40,129 nt of DNA from Tubiluchus corallicola (Eukaryota > Animalia > Priapulida): positions 1 through 40,129 of the forward strand of contig JAQGDQ010001458.1 of NCBI GenBank assembly GCA_030141605.1. Direction: 5' to 3'. Positions 24,697-36,233 of this stretch are shown here, piece by piece; position 1 is the stretch's first letter; every line of letters begins with the position of its first letter. Both the position numbers and the translations under genes were made by a program. The notes below the pieces were generated by a model, which saw nothing but the letters and a program-made list of their open reading frames with translations, did no database searches and was not told the origin of the DNA.

Positions 24697-24863
24697 CTGT
24701 AAAAGAAAAACTCGCACAGTTAGAAAAACGGCCTATCTCTCACAAAAAAGCTAAAAAACGAAAGATTTACAAAAAATCTATAGATAAAATAATTGCATGA
24801 AATTAAATATTAGGGTGAAAATATTATATACAACTTAAAAAATATCGTATATGCACAAATATT

Positions 24864-24913
24864 TATATATATATATATATATATATATCCTGCAGCTCAA
24901 CTTGCATAAACAT

Positions 24914-24945
<32 letters not shown>

Positions 24946-25174
24946 CATACATACATACATACATACATACATACATACATACATACATACATACATACAT
25001 ACATACATACATACATACATACATACATACATACATACATACATACATACATACATACATACATACATACATACATACATACATACATACATACATACAT
25101 ACATACATACATACATACATACATACATACATACATACATACATACATACATACATACATACATACATACATAC
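24864..25174. repeat. (TA)n followed by a long (TACA)n microsatellite
   Basis: Direct; explains the MYVC and HTYI ORFs. Confidence 0.97.
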
Positions 25175-25927
25175 ACACATACATTTAGTTTCTCTCACAA
25201 AAAAGGTAAAAAACGAAAGATATTATTTTTATTACTGTGATACATCAGTGGTTCATTGAAATTCACATACCAGTAATATTATCCGAAATAACTTACTATA
25301 AGGAAAGATTTCAATCCCGATTTTTAAAAGGGAAGAAAAGGCAGTTTAAAACGATATCACAAAAACTTTCCGTACAAAGTTATATTACTTAGCATGTTGC
25401 TTACCTGTTTGAAAGACTTAAGTGAAATGTAGCTAGAAAATAAAATTCTAAGTAATTTAACATATTTGTGCCAAACGATAAAATATCGCCGACTCACCCA
25501 CCAGGGTGCACCACTCACTCACCAAAAACATATTTTTAGCCTTATTGACAAGAAACAGTAATTTAGAATTTTGCTTAGTTAGCGACGTGTGTGTTACGAA
25601 TGATGTGATGATTTTTTCAAACTTTATACGTTGCTAACTAATCTTGCTTCAAACAACTTACCATTAAAACGGTTGTGCTTAGCAATCATCACAGGAGATT
25701 AAATTTACAAGTTTTATACGGCATTACTGCTAATGCAAATTCAGGGCACAAACAGACAGCATGTAAGTGATATAAAATTTCTAGACAAATTTTTCAGCTT
25801 TACTTATATGAAGAGTGTTTTTTGTGCTTTAATAATTGCTTTAATTTAACAAGTTCCACCACAATTCACGACAACTCAAATGTTCCTTTATACCCCAATT
25901 AAGTGCAAATCTTTCATAGACAGCAAA

Positions 25928-26636
25928 TCTCTATATCGTATATATTAATTGTACTGGTATGGGCTTAATATATTTATATATATATAAGATTCGAGGCTAC
26001 AGCTCGGATGACGGCACCATTTGCGGCGATCTATACATCAAACGAAAGGTCTCGATCGAGTGTCATGCCATTGGGGGTTTATTTTTCGAACCGGGTGGGC
26101 GAAAAACCTCCAAAAATGGCCATTTTTCTGCCGTTTTTTGCAAAAGTTATATGCCTGAGATCTGGAAAATGTAGTAGGCATATTTAGAATTTGCGAGAGG
26201 GCCACGGCGTCCCATAACGGGCGTTTTTCTCTTCCCAACTCGCGATTTTTTCGAAATTTTGACCAAACAGCATGCAGAAAAAACGTTCTAGCGCCTGGTG
26301 GGACTCTTGGAAGGAGATATATAGCTCTTTGGAAAGAGGTAGAACAGAGCTGCACGATGATGTGAGCTGCATTTTAGGGCACGTCCACCAAAAGGAGTAC
26401 CGACGGGTTAATTAGATGTTCTATTTTTGGCAATTTTCGCTTAGAAAACTGCTGACACAAAGCCATTGATCTGACGTCATCCATTATACTCTGTCTATAA
26501 CCTTATAACTTTAATTCAGTAAAAGCTGCTGCTGCTGGCTTTGCGTTAGGTAAATAAGCGAACACTAGGTAGTATGTTTGCGCATTGTTGATTATAAGTG
26601 GATTTATACACAAAATTTTTGCGGGGCCTTTGCTAG
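25928..26636 (+). mobile_element. Non-autonomous Helitron-like element, copy 1
   Basis: 5' a|TC..TATATTAATT..ACTGGTAT, (TA)n, AAGATTCGAGGCTACAGC; 3' CAAAA..TTTTGCG hairpin then GGGCCTTTGCTAG|t; no TIR or TSD; 4 copies in the window. Confidence 0.75.
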
Positions 26637-26705
26637 TTTAATAATAATACAGTTGGTATTGACAATACTATAGTTACAATTTTTTTATCTTAATACATTC
26701 ATTAC

Positions 26706-26829
26706 CTTTGATATCGTGTTATCATCTGAGACGGGGAATTCCGCACTTGGTTAGAGAGTTGTCTAAGACTGCTACTAGGTGTCGCTTGTAATGAGCTGGC
26801 AGAATGGCTGTGTAGCGGAGGTACACGAG
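26706..26829 (-). CDS. Magi: Magi exon, Ser-rich linker
   Basis: aatttag|CT...AAG|gtaat; ARVPPLHSHSASSLQATPSSSLRQLSNQVRNSPSQMITRYQ; phase 1 to 2 is required to join 28000 to 24696. Confidence 0.82.
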
Positions 26830-27161
26830 CTAAATTAAAACAATAGTAACAATGATTACAACATTCCACTAACTTACCTTCAAAACATTCTCCTGTGCAC
26901 AAATTCAAATTCAAATCGGTTTTATTTATGCCGGTACAGTTAAGAAAAAATAATTCAATTCAGCTACAGTATTGAATTATGGACACACCGTTCTTTATTT
27001 ATTTTTTTTAATTATTTATTTATTAAATATATCCACAACGATCATGACAGCATTGTACATAAAAGTATTTAGTAACATATTTACTATTATGTACACAACA
27101 TGCCAAGCCGCAAATGACCCGTGGGGTACTCAAGAAGTAATTACTCGTTTAGAGCACCCCG

Positions 27162-27481
27162 AATGAATGTGGACTGAGTGTAATAGAAAAGAGCAGTAAA
27201 GGAGTAGAAAGAAAGGTTAATAGACAATAGAAAGAAGGAGAAAGATGTGATGGTATCTGTATGAAGTAATGAATGTGGACTGAGTGTAATAGAAAAGAGC
27301 AGTAAAGGAGTAGAAAGAAAGGTTAATAGACAATAGAAAGAAGGAGAAAGATGTGATGGTATCTGTATGAAGTAATGAATGTGGACTGAGTGTAATAGAA
27401 AAGAGCAGTAAAGGAGTAGAAAGAAAGGTTAATAGACAATAGAAAGAAGGAGAAAGATGTGATGGTATCTGTATGAAGTAA
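27162..27481. repeat. 106-bp purine-rich tandem repeat, 3 copies
   Basis: AATGAATGTGGACTGAG units at 27162, 27268, 27374. Confidence 0.95.
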
Positions 27482-27999
27482 CGTGAACAATAGAAATGTA
27501 AAAATTGACATAGCCAGCAACGCAATGGATTCCGACAGGAACAGTAGGACATAAGGACATGAGTTTGAAAAACACAAAATACTTCAACTAACAGTAACTG
27601 TTGTCGAAATACATGCAGTATTTGAAAAAAATTTACAAAGAAAATATGAAAAAAACAAGTGCAATACAAAAAGAAATGCCATATAAAATGACAAAAACAG
27701 CTTGAACAGAAAGCGGTCTCTGCTTTACAGTAACACAACACAAATGACACACTCGTCATCTAGATATTACTAATTCTGCTTACAAAAAAGTCAATTGTGC
27801 AAAGTGCACTTAATACATATATTTATTGAAATAATGCGGTGCCCCTAATTATCTGAACGTACTTTCATTTTCGTTTCTGTACATTTTGCGAGAAAAGTAT
27901 GTTCATGACACATTTAAATAAGAAAAAAATCTGAAAGAAATTATAATAAATTTCAAATAACACATATGTTTATTTGTTTAGGTAATTTTCAAAACATAC

Positions 28000-28554
28000 C
28001 TGGGCTGCTTCCAGTATCATAGAGGGTGCTGTCGAAGCTTTGTGCGTTCTGATAATGCAATTCAGGGGGAGCCGCTGAAGTTGCGTAAAATGAAGCCGGG
28101 GCAAAATTGCGAGTGTTGAAATCATTCGTTGGCGTCTTATTCAGATCTCGGTTGAACGGTTGCGGCAGTGATCTGGGTGGAAGACGTTGGTCCCGGAATT
28201 CATCCCGCTCATCCGGCGATGGATACTTTCGGATTTCCGGATCGTAACTCCTCTCATAATCATCCGTGCTGCCATTTCTGCCCACGTGCGGAAGACCGCG
28301 GAAGTACGCTGCGGGCGGAGGCGGCTGATGCTTGTCGTCGACCGAGTAACTGCGCTGATCACCAAACTGCCGCCCGTTCTCACCGCTAGGTGGCAGCGAT
28401 ACGTCTGTGGAGGCACTCCGCACCTGCAGTGCTGGGCGAACAGGAGAGTGATTCAACCTCGTTGGCGTTTTGGACCGAGTGCCGGGAGGTGGAGTCTGGT
28501 GCCGATGATATGACGTTGGAGGCTTGTTCCTCCTGTCATTGTAGGAAAGGTCTT
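28000..28554 (-). CDS. Magi: Magi exon, long Pro/Ser-rich linker
   Basis: cttttag|AA...CCAG|gtatgt; EDLSYNDRRNKPPTSYHRHQTPPPGTRSKTPTRLNHSP...DTGSSP; GC-rich, open, phase 1-1. Confidence 0.88.
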
Positions 28555-28565
28555 CTAAAAGTAAA

Positions 28566-29147
28566 TCGTATACATTAATTCTACTGGTATGTTATATATA
28601 TATTTATATATATATATATATAAGATTCGAGGCTACAGCTTCGACGACCGCACCATTTGCGGCGATCTATACATCAAACGAAAAGTCTCGATCTAGTGTC
28701 GTGCCATTGGGGGTTTATTTTTCGACTTGGGCCTACAGCGAGGAATGGGGGGGGGCAAAAAACCTCCAAAAATGGCCATTTTTCGGCCGTTTTTTGCAAA
28801 AGTTATACCTCTCATTTCGGAAGGAGATATACAGCTCTTTAGAAAGAGGAAGAACAGGGCTACACGATGATGTGGGCTATATTTTAGGGTATGTCCACCA
28901 AGAGGAGTATCGACGAGTTAATTAGGTATTCTATTTTTGGCAATTTTCACTTGGAAAACTGCTGACGCAAAGCCATCGTTGTGACGTCATCCATTGTACT
29001 CTGCCTATAAGCTTATAACTTTAATCAGTAAAAGCTTCTGCTACTGGCTTTGCGTTATGGTAAGTAAACAAACACTAGGTAGAATGTTTGCGCATTTTTT
29101 ATTATACATGTATTTATAAGGAAAATTTTTTGCGGGGCCTTTGCTAG
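28566..29147 (+). mobile_element. Helitron-like element, copy 2 (internal deletion)
   Basis: Same 5' and 3' ends as copy 1; ends GGGCCTTTGCTAG|t. Confidence 0.75.
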
Positions 29148-29593
29148 TGAAAATAAATACTCTTAGCAGTGTGAAACTGAACTGCATAAAAGGGTATTTT
29201 GCATTAAATGCACATTTATCAAACCAGCTGCCTGCAATAAACACAATGAGTCTCAAAGAAGAAACTTTTAAAAGTAAAGAGTTAATTCTTTACAGCCGAC
29301 AGAAGTCCTGAAGAAATTAGAAATTTTAGATAATTTTGTTTTCAGGACTGGCGTAGAAAATTCTTTTTTAGATGAAAAACAATGTTTGTCTTTTAAGATT
29401 GTTAGTTGATCGTAAACAAAGCTGTGAAAGTGTTCATAGAAACCAGATCCAGATAGGAAGCCATCTTGCTTAGTTTTATAAACAATTTCGAAATCAAGCT
29501 TATAGGCTCCCACTACTCATTAGCCGTACTCATTGCTGGTAATTATTTATTTTAATCATGGCGGTTTTGCAGCTTCTTTCTGCCTTCTCAAAT

Positions 29594-29870
29594 GATAATA
29601 ATAATAATAATAATTATCTTTATTTAAAGTTGGCTTTTGGGTCAACAATTAACATTAGCTTAAAGAGCTAATATCGCCGACTGTAAATAACAACATAAAA
29701 CTACATAACAGAGACTATTTTTACCCCACTTTTACCCTAAATACCACGCATCAGGCAGGGCAACAGCAGGTACCATTTTTAAAGTCTTTGGTATGACCCG
29801 GCTGCTGGTTCGAACTCAGGACCCCCCCAGACGGAAAGCAGACGCATTACCACTAGACTAAATAGTCTGA
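29594..29870 (-). mobile_element. tRNA-derived SINE, copy B, inserted in a palindromic element (about 29540-29975)
   Basis: Reverse complement of 11837-12112; flanking arms TGCCTTCTCAAATGAT / ATCATTTGAGAAGGCA. Confidence 0.85.
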
Positions 29871-30039
29871 TTTGAAAGTAATGACATTCTATAATTAGTG
29901 TCATTATCTTTACATCATTTGAGAAGGCAAAAAAGAACTGCCCGAATGACATGATCACAATGAATAATTACCAATATCACGTGACTTCATGACACACTGA
30001 TACATTAGTGGTAACCAGCAAGTTGGAAACATTAATTAA

Positions 30040-30509
30040 CCCTTTCATACCCGTTGTATCCCGTGGGATACGAGAATATTCTCTACCTTTAAAATTAATA
30101 AAATTTTAAAATTGAGAGTTATTTCATCTGTTAATAGTTATTTTGATTTAAGCCAATAACAATAGACTAAAATGGTGATAAAATGGAAAACTAAAAAATC
30201 TACATAGTGTGTAAGGTACAGTACTTTAGAGATGACTTTGTACAGATGAGCATAGCGTGCATACTAAATGTCTTAAATACTTTAAAAAATTATCAGCATT
30301 TGCTTTTTATCATGCTTAGCAACCATTGAATCCCAATGTATCCCGTGGGCACATATTGTATTTTTTATATTTATATTTAGCACACTATATTTAGCACACG
30401 GGCACAGGTAGAAAAAAATAATAATGTGTAAACAAGACGGACATACAGAACAAAACTAACATGCTAAAAAAATTTTTCTTATTAAAAAAATAATTTGGGA
30501 CTGAAAGGG
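30040..30509 (-). mobile_element. piggyBac-type MITE, copy 3
   Basis: TTAA|CCCTTTCA...TGAAAGGG|TTAA; reverse complement of copies 1 and 2. Confidence 0.85.
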
Positions 30510-30731
30510 TTAAACAGAAACAAACATGAAACAAAGGTTGATTATGTGTGAAGTCTAATAATAAACAAAAATATAATTGTAAAGATTTATTGTTGGAGTG
30601 TATTATTATTTTAAATATGGAATCAGTCTTAGGTGCCCCCTTTACCCATCATGTATGGATTCAGAAATCAGTTACTGCCAGATGGACAGCAAGACTTTCA
30701 TCTCTGTTGACATTAGTTTTATTAAACTTAC

Positions 30732-30804
30732 CGTCGGCCTTAGGTGTTGAGTTATAGGGGCCTGGCTCATGACCGTTCATACGAGGCATCTCATTGGGAA
30801 ACAG
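30732..30804 (-). CDS. Magi: Magi small exon (73 nt, phase 0 to 1)
   Basis: catttcag|CTG...GACG|gtaagt; LFPNEMPRMNGHEPGPYNSTPKAD. Confidence 0.7.
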
Positions 30805-30912
30805 CTGAAATGTTTACAAACTAAAATTGAATTATCACACGTTGGTTTTCAGCGTTTAAGAAAACACATTCTGCGAAGCAAGGAAATCACTACACACACT
30901 TGCCGTAAATTA

Positions 30913-31226
30913 CAGGTAGTCATCGACCTACGATCACAATTGGTTCAGGTGGATTGGTTGTAAGAGGAAATGGGTGGAAGTCGGACTGCATATTAAAGCG
31001 GTGCACCCCATACATGCAAGACATTCTGTGTGTATGACACTAAGTATAGCGCTACCTACGATGAATTTATTAAAACAGATAGTGATTTAAACTTAGTTTT
31101 TTTAAAAAATAGAAGGAAATGTGTCTTATTATACAAGTTTTGTACAATTAATTAATTAAGCTGTGGTTGGCTCATAAAGTCGAACAGTCGCATAAGTTGC
31201 ATAGGTCGTAAGTCGATGATTAGCTG
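30913..31226. mobile_element. Tc1/mariner-type MITE
   Basis: TA|CAGGTAGTCATCGACCTACGA ... TCGTAAGTCGATGATTAGCTG|TA imperfect TIR. Confidence 0.75.
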
Positions 31227-31643
31227 TATTCAAAAACAGCAAAGCCAAAACTTCTGGCCAAACAGTGATGCAGTAATTTAAGCATTTATGCCAACAGACA
31301 ATTAATAAAAGTCCATATTTTGATCACCAGCACCAGACTAAATTTACAGTTTATTACAATTGACAAAACCAGGAATTTCAAATCCCAAGGCACACTAGAT
31401 CGTGTAAAAAATTCCCAGAATGTTACACTTACGTTTTGCAAGGGTGGTCTCTTTTTCTGTGGCACTCCAGGGAAACCTAAATGGGATAAAAAATGCAGGA
31501 TTAAAAATCTTGTTCGCAGACTCAGCAAAGAAAGAACTATTACTCATTAACACCTTCCTACAAGTTTATGAAATTCAACTCTTCCAGCACTAGATAAAAA
31601 TTGTTGCTGATATCTGCCAAATAAAGTGAAAAACAAAAATTCA

Positions 31644-32004
31644 TCTATATATTAATTCTACTGGTATATATATATATATAAGATTCGAGGCTACAGCCTG
31701 GACGAGGGCACCATTTGCGGCGATCTATAAATCAAACGAAAGGCCTCGAGCTAGTGTCGTGCCATTGGGGGTTTATTTTTTGAATTGGGCCCACCGCGAG
31801 GAACGGGGGGGAGTGGCGCGAAAACTCTCCAAAAATGGCTATTTTTCGGCTGTTTTTTTGAAAAAGTTATACGTCTGAGATTTGGAGAATGGGAACGGGG
31901 GGCCGAGGGTGGTGCTGGCTAAGGATAGCCCGTTCAGCGGTGGGTGTAGTATACGTATTTAGAATTTGAGAGAGGGCCACTGCGTCCCGTAACAGGCGTT
32001 TTCC
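31644..32004 (+). mobile_element. Helitron-like element, copy 3 (3'-truncated)
   Basis: a|TCTATATATTAATTCTACTGG start; aligns with 38597-38960. Confidence 0.72.
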
Positions 32005-32522
32005 CAAACTTACAAACAATAATGACTAATTAGTTCATAATGGATGCAATAAAATATTTATTGGGTCATTACTAAATGGACAGCAAGTCAAAACAACAAT
32101 AAACAGTAAAAACCCCAAAAAATCATTCTCAATGAGGACTATCGTACAACTGTCACCTCAATTTTGTTTATTGCGAATAATTTTTTATCTCAATGCCTAG
32201 CTTGCACAATCTATGGTTACAGACTTGAAGGTTAACACAAATCAAACAACCTAGCCACAGTGCAGCAAAATATTGATAGAAGAGACCAATACGTTTACAC
32301 CTCCGCACATTAACAATTGTTCTGTTATCACCTATTTCTCACACTCTCACCTGCAATAAATACACACAGTAACAACGTTTTCGTCCCAGTCATACAGATC
32401 ACAACGAAACTAGCCATACCATATCAAGATCCAACATCATAACAGACAGACAGACAGACAGACTAGAAATTAAGCCAATTACATCAGCTTCAAAGGTGGA
32501 AACTGTAGAAGAGGTTTTCAAA

Positions 32523-33959
32523 ATGAGTCTTACACGTCTAAACATTGTTGTACTTCAGATCTCAGTTGTTTTGTGTGTTTACATTGCGCAACCGGAAAGC
32601 CAACGTTATTGGAGTTCGAATTTCAGTGGACACACACGCGGCCAAAAAGGTGACTATTCAAGTTGGCATGGGCCAAATAGATCAGAAAAAGATATGAAGC
32701 ACATCCGTGCCGCATACTCTCTTGAAGGCGCACATATCTCGTCTGGAATACTCTTGCCCTTGTTGAAAATGGTATGTGAAATTCTGAACATGACGTATAC
32801 GGTTGATTACTTCAGCATGTCAGAGAAAAGCTTCATAGAGAAGATTCAGGAAACTGATTTGATAATTGAAGACATCTCATGGACGCTCTCACGAAGCAAG
32901 GTCATGTCCTTCATTCCTTTAGGTTTGAGACAACATGACACTTTTTTAATCAAGAAACCAGATGACAGCATTAGCCAGACACCGCTGTTAAAGCCATTCA
33001 ACAGAGGTGTCTGGCTGGCTTTGTTCGGAAGCACTGTCCTTGTGGGATTATTACTATTTGCAGGTGAAAAATGTATAGTAAGTAGAACTAGGAAAAAAGA
33101 TATTGGTAACGTAATGGAGTACACCAGTTCTGCTTTATCACCACTCTTTTACCAAACAGGTCCAACTTTACCAAGGAGTGTGGCATCTAGAATATTAATG
33201 TCTTGTTGGTGGTTGTTTTCCTTGACGGTTACGTCTTTGTACACGGGCACGCTAGTGTCGCATCTTACTTTAAAAACGCCAGTTCATCCATTTACATCAC
33301 TCGACGGGCTACTGAAGAGCAGCATAACTCCTGTCGGTATACCCGGCTGGGTCGTCACCGAAACATTTCGCGAAAGCTCTCCAGACACGGTACACGGAAA
33401 GCTTTGGGGTAGAATGCAATCTGATGAAAATTCTTTACCCAAAACTATTGACGAGGCTCTTGAGTTAACCAACACTGGCAGATACACGTTCATGGCCGGA
33501 AGGCGCGAGTTAAGAACGTTGATGCTTCAGGACTTCCAGAAATGTGGCAAATGCCGCTTTGCGATTGCACCATTTACGATGCAAATACTCAACGTTGGCT
33601 GGGCCGTACCAAAAGGAAGTAAACTTCAAGGAATCCTCCAATACGGACTAGAGTTAATTACTCAGAATGGTTTTTTAGACAAGCTTCTACGTGACAATAT
33701 TGACAAAAATGGTTCACATTGTTTAAAACCCGTTACCCAGACGATCCAAGGAAACGCCCTAGATCTTGGCGACATATGCCACGCTTTTGTTCTACTGACC
33801 GTCGGCTACGTCAGTGGTCTGTTATTCCTTTGTGCAGAACACTTCTGCTTGAGAAAAAGAAACTCGTCTGAGCAGCCAACAAAGAAGTGCAGCGCTAACA
33901 TATTTCTCAGTCTAGAAGAAAATTTTAAAAAAGGACTGAACGGCGAAGACTCTACTTAA
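32523..33959 (+). CDS. Intronless divergent ionotropic receptor (IR, iGluR-related chemosensory ion channel), 478 aa
   Basis: ATG at 32523 followed by a hydrophobic signal peptide; S1 DLIIEDISWTLSRSKVMSF; pre-M1/M1 LLKPFNRGVWLALFGS; pore LFYQ; gating helix SRILMSCWWLFSLTVTSLYTGTLVSHLT (SYTANLAAFLT homologue); S2; last TM LDLGDICHAFVLLTVGYVSGLLFLCAE; no amino-terminal domain; AATAAA at 34419-34424. Confidence 0.92.
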   Translation: MSLTRLNIVVLQISVVLCVYIAQPESQRYWSSNFSGHTRGQKGDYSSWHGPNRSEKDMKHIRAAYSLEGAHISSGILLPLLKMVCEILNMTYTVDYFSMSEKSFIEKIQETDLIIEDISWTLSRSKVMSFIPLGLRQHDTFLIKKPDDSISQTPLLKPFNRGVWLALFGSTVLVGLLLFAGEKCIVSRTRKKDIGNVMEYTSSALSPLFYQTGPTLPRSVASRILMSCWWLFSLTVTSLYTGTLVSHLTLKTPVHPFTSLDGLLKSSITPVGIPGWVVTETFRESSPDTVHGKLWGRMQSDENSLPKTIDEALELTNTGRYTFMAGRRELRTLMLQDFQKCGKCRFAIAPFTMQILNVGWAVPKGSKLQGILQYGLELITQNGFLDKLLRDNIDKNGSHCLKPVTQTIQGNALDLGDICHAFVLLTVGYVSGLLFLCAEHFCLRKRNSSEQPTKKCSANIFLSLEENFKKGLNGEDST

Positions 33960-34705
33960 CGTTACCTGTTAGACAAAATTACCAAAATTAATATCAAAGA
34001 ACGAAGGCTGTGGAAGTTGTAACTGTATATTTTTAGGTGCTGCCATCTATTGACTAATCACTTTACATTTTACTAGTCAAACTCACCCCTAGTATAATTG
34101 TTCGGTCCAGTGAATATGCATACTCACTGGATCTCTCCCTATTTTACTGTAATGGTATTTGTGAAGCAAAGTTTGCATAATTACCTATACCTATATATAC
34201 TGGCTGGATTTCACTTCTAGTCACTCTCTGTCACGCTCTCAGTGCAGTGCAGTCGTGCTACTTATGTGACTCTCTGTCTCACTCTCAATGCAGTGCAGAA
34301 GTCATGCTAGTTGTGATACTCATGTCACTTACTGTCACTAACTCTCAGTGTTCAGTGCAGGACACTCTTGTCCTCAGTGTTCAGTGTAGCAGTCATTCTA
34401 CATATGTGTATGTAGTCTAATAAACGTTTTCAGTTTTGTGCAGATATGTAGTATAGTGTTTTATTCTTTTTCGACAAAGTGTTCAACTACACCTCAAACA
34501 TGACTTTCACAAAGGTGGCCGAAACGTGACTGTGTCATCACCACTCTCCGCTATCATCCCGACATGTCTCCCTCCTCTCCCATCAGTCATCCTCCCCACA
34601 TTCTTTTGTTGGCCTCACATTCCAATCCCTCTCATTGTTCAATGTTAGGAGTAACATGCATTCTAGTTTACCTTACAACAAAATTGGCACTAACCGCTAA
34701 CTTAC

Positions 34706-34740
34706 AGCACTTGTGAAACTGAAACCAGATCCGCAAAATT
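34706..34740 (-). CDS. Magi: Magi 35-nt micro-exon (phase 1 to 0)
   Basis: tttcctccag|AATTTTGCGGATCTGGTTTCAGTTTCACAAGTGCT|gtaagt; EFCGSGFSFTSA; supplies the phase change needed for the 73-nt exon. Confidence 0.62.
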
Positions 34741-34827
34741 CTGGAGGAAACAGTACACTAATACAAAGGCGGAGAAATGTTGGACACGCAGTTCCACAAA
34801 TCTGTCCAACGGCCAGCCGGTCAACCA

Positions 34828-35225
34828 GATAGACAGACAGGCATACAGACATTTTAAATTGGTAAGTTTTATGTGCATATAAACCAAATGGCTGTTTTAT
34901 CTTACAGGCAGACAGGCAGACAGACAGACCATTTGTACATATAAATCAAATAGATGTTTTGTCTTACAGACAGACAGACAGATAGACAGACGGACAGACA
35001 GAACAGACAGACAAACAGACAGACAGGCATTTGGAATTTGTAACTTTCATGAAAATATAAATCAAATAGATGTTTTGTCTTACAGAGAGACAGATAGATA
35101 GACAGACAGACAGACATTTTGAATTTGTAGCTTTCATGTACATATAAATCAAATGGATGTTTTGTCTTACAGACAGACAGATAGATAGACAAACAGACAG
35201 ACATTTGAATTTGTAACTTTTATGT
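34828..35225. repeat. Compound repeat of (GACA/GATA)n tracts with a shared AT-rich spacer
   Basis: Recurring ...AAATCAAATAGATGTTTTGTCTTACAGACAGACAG... blocks. Confidence 0.85.
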
Positions 35226-35402
35226 ACAGGATGCTGCATTTTAAATAAACTCTATGCTCTTCTTCTTCATGTAGTTTTCCTTGGACTCAGGGATGTGTCT
35301 TTATCTGATAAATAAAAAGAATGTCAGCTGCATCTATGGGATTATTTAGTTGCTGGCAAGGACAGTATAACAGATATCGGGTGTCATATCTTATGTGTTG
35401 AC

Positions 35403-36233
35403 CAGGGCCGTATTAACCAAAAGGCTAACTAGGCTATACCCTAGGGTGACGAAGTTTGAGGGCGCCACATTTTAGGCGCCCTAATTTTAAAAAACTCTTC
35501 TTGTTCTCCTCAGAAAATGTGCATCCGTTCATATTCATGTAAAACAAGCATTGTATAACACACCACAGGCAGTTACAGACCCCTGCTGCTATATAAGTGC
35601 TGTATGATGAACAAGCACAGTTAGTTCATATATATGCAATTAACAATGGTCATGTACCAACTAGGTCAGGAGTGTGCAAATTATCTGACTAGCCGGGCCA
35701 CATTAAACTTTCCCGCAATTCCTGTGGTCCAGATGCAGTTTGGTCAAGGAGCCAAGTACAGTAGGACCTAATAACGATTTTTTTGCATCCAATTTGCGCA
35801 CATCATCACTACTGCACTACTACACTCAAGAAACTATTTTAGAAGTTATTAAAATTGATATTAAAAACCATATATTTCGTCATGTCCGGCAGTGACATTA
35901 AGTGACAACGGTCTTGTAAGGGTTAATGTCATCCGATCTAGAGGAAAAACTACCCGCACTATCTTTGCGATAGCGGCGCAGACTTCAGCTGGATCGCGTG
36001 GGCTGCACTTTCATTACGTTGACAAACCTCTTCGCGGGCCGCAAAAGATCTCTCGGCAGGCCACAAGTGGCCCGCGGGCCGCAGTTTGCACACCCCTGGA
36101 CTAGGTTAATAATGTCACTAATACACCACAAATAATTGTCTAATCAGTGCAGTACATAATCATAAATTCAAAATACGGATGGGTGGGACAGATCTACCAG
36201 CCTAGGGCATCGTGAACTCTTGATACGCCCCTG
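35403..36233. mobile_element. hAT-type element hosting a nested family A MITE
   Basis: TIRs CAGGGCCGTATTAA / TTGATACGCCCCTG; TSD GTGTTGAC/GTGTTGAG. Confidence 0.8.
35667..36098 (+). mobile_element. hAT-type MITE family A, copy 4 (internal deletions)
   Basis: Family A TIRs; TSD AACTAGGT/GACTAGGT. Confidence 0.88.

Noticed and set aside
24835-25240. MYVC/HTYI repeat ORFs, and similar ORFs at 128-388, 5088-5355, 34902-35239 and 39620-40117
   Set aside because: Translations of microsatellites and low-complexity DNA.
26895-27160. Minus-strand LINE 3' end fragments
   Set aside because: Only AATAAA and short tail-like motifs; no ORF, TSD or second copy to support a call.
33945-33959. PDZ-binding motif linking the IR to its host Magi
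   Set aside because: The C-terminus GEDST lacks the terminal hydrophobic residue of canonical PDZ ligands.
34009-34491. Solo LTR downstream of the IR (TG...CA, AATAAA, GCTGCCATCTA motif)
   Set aside because: No matching 4-6 bp TSD or second copy; equally explained as IR 3' UTR with short internal repeats.
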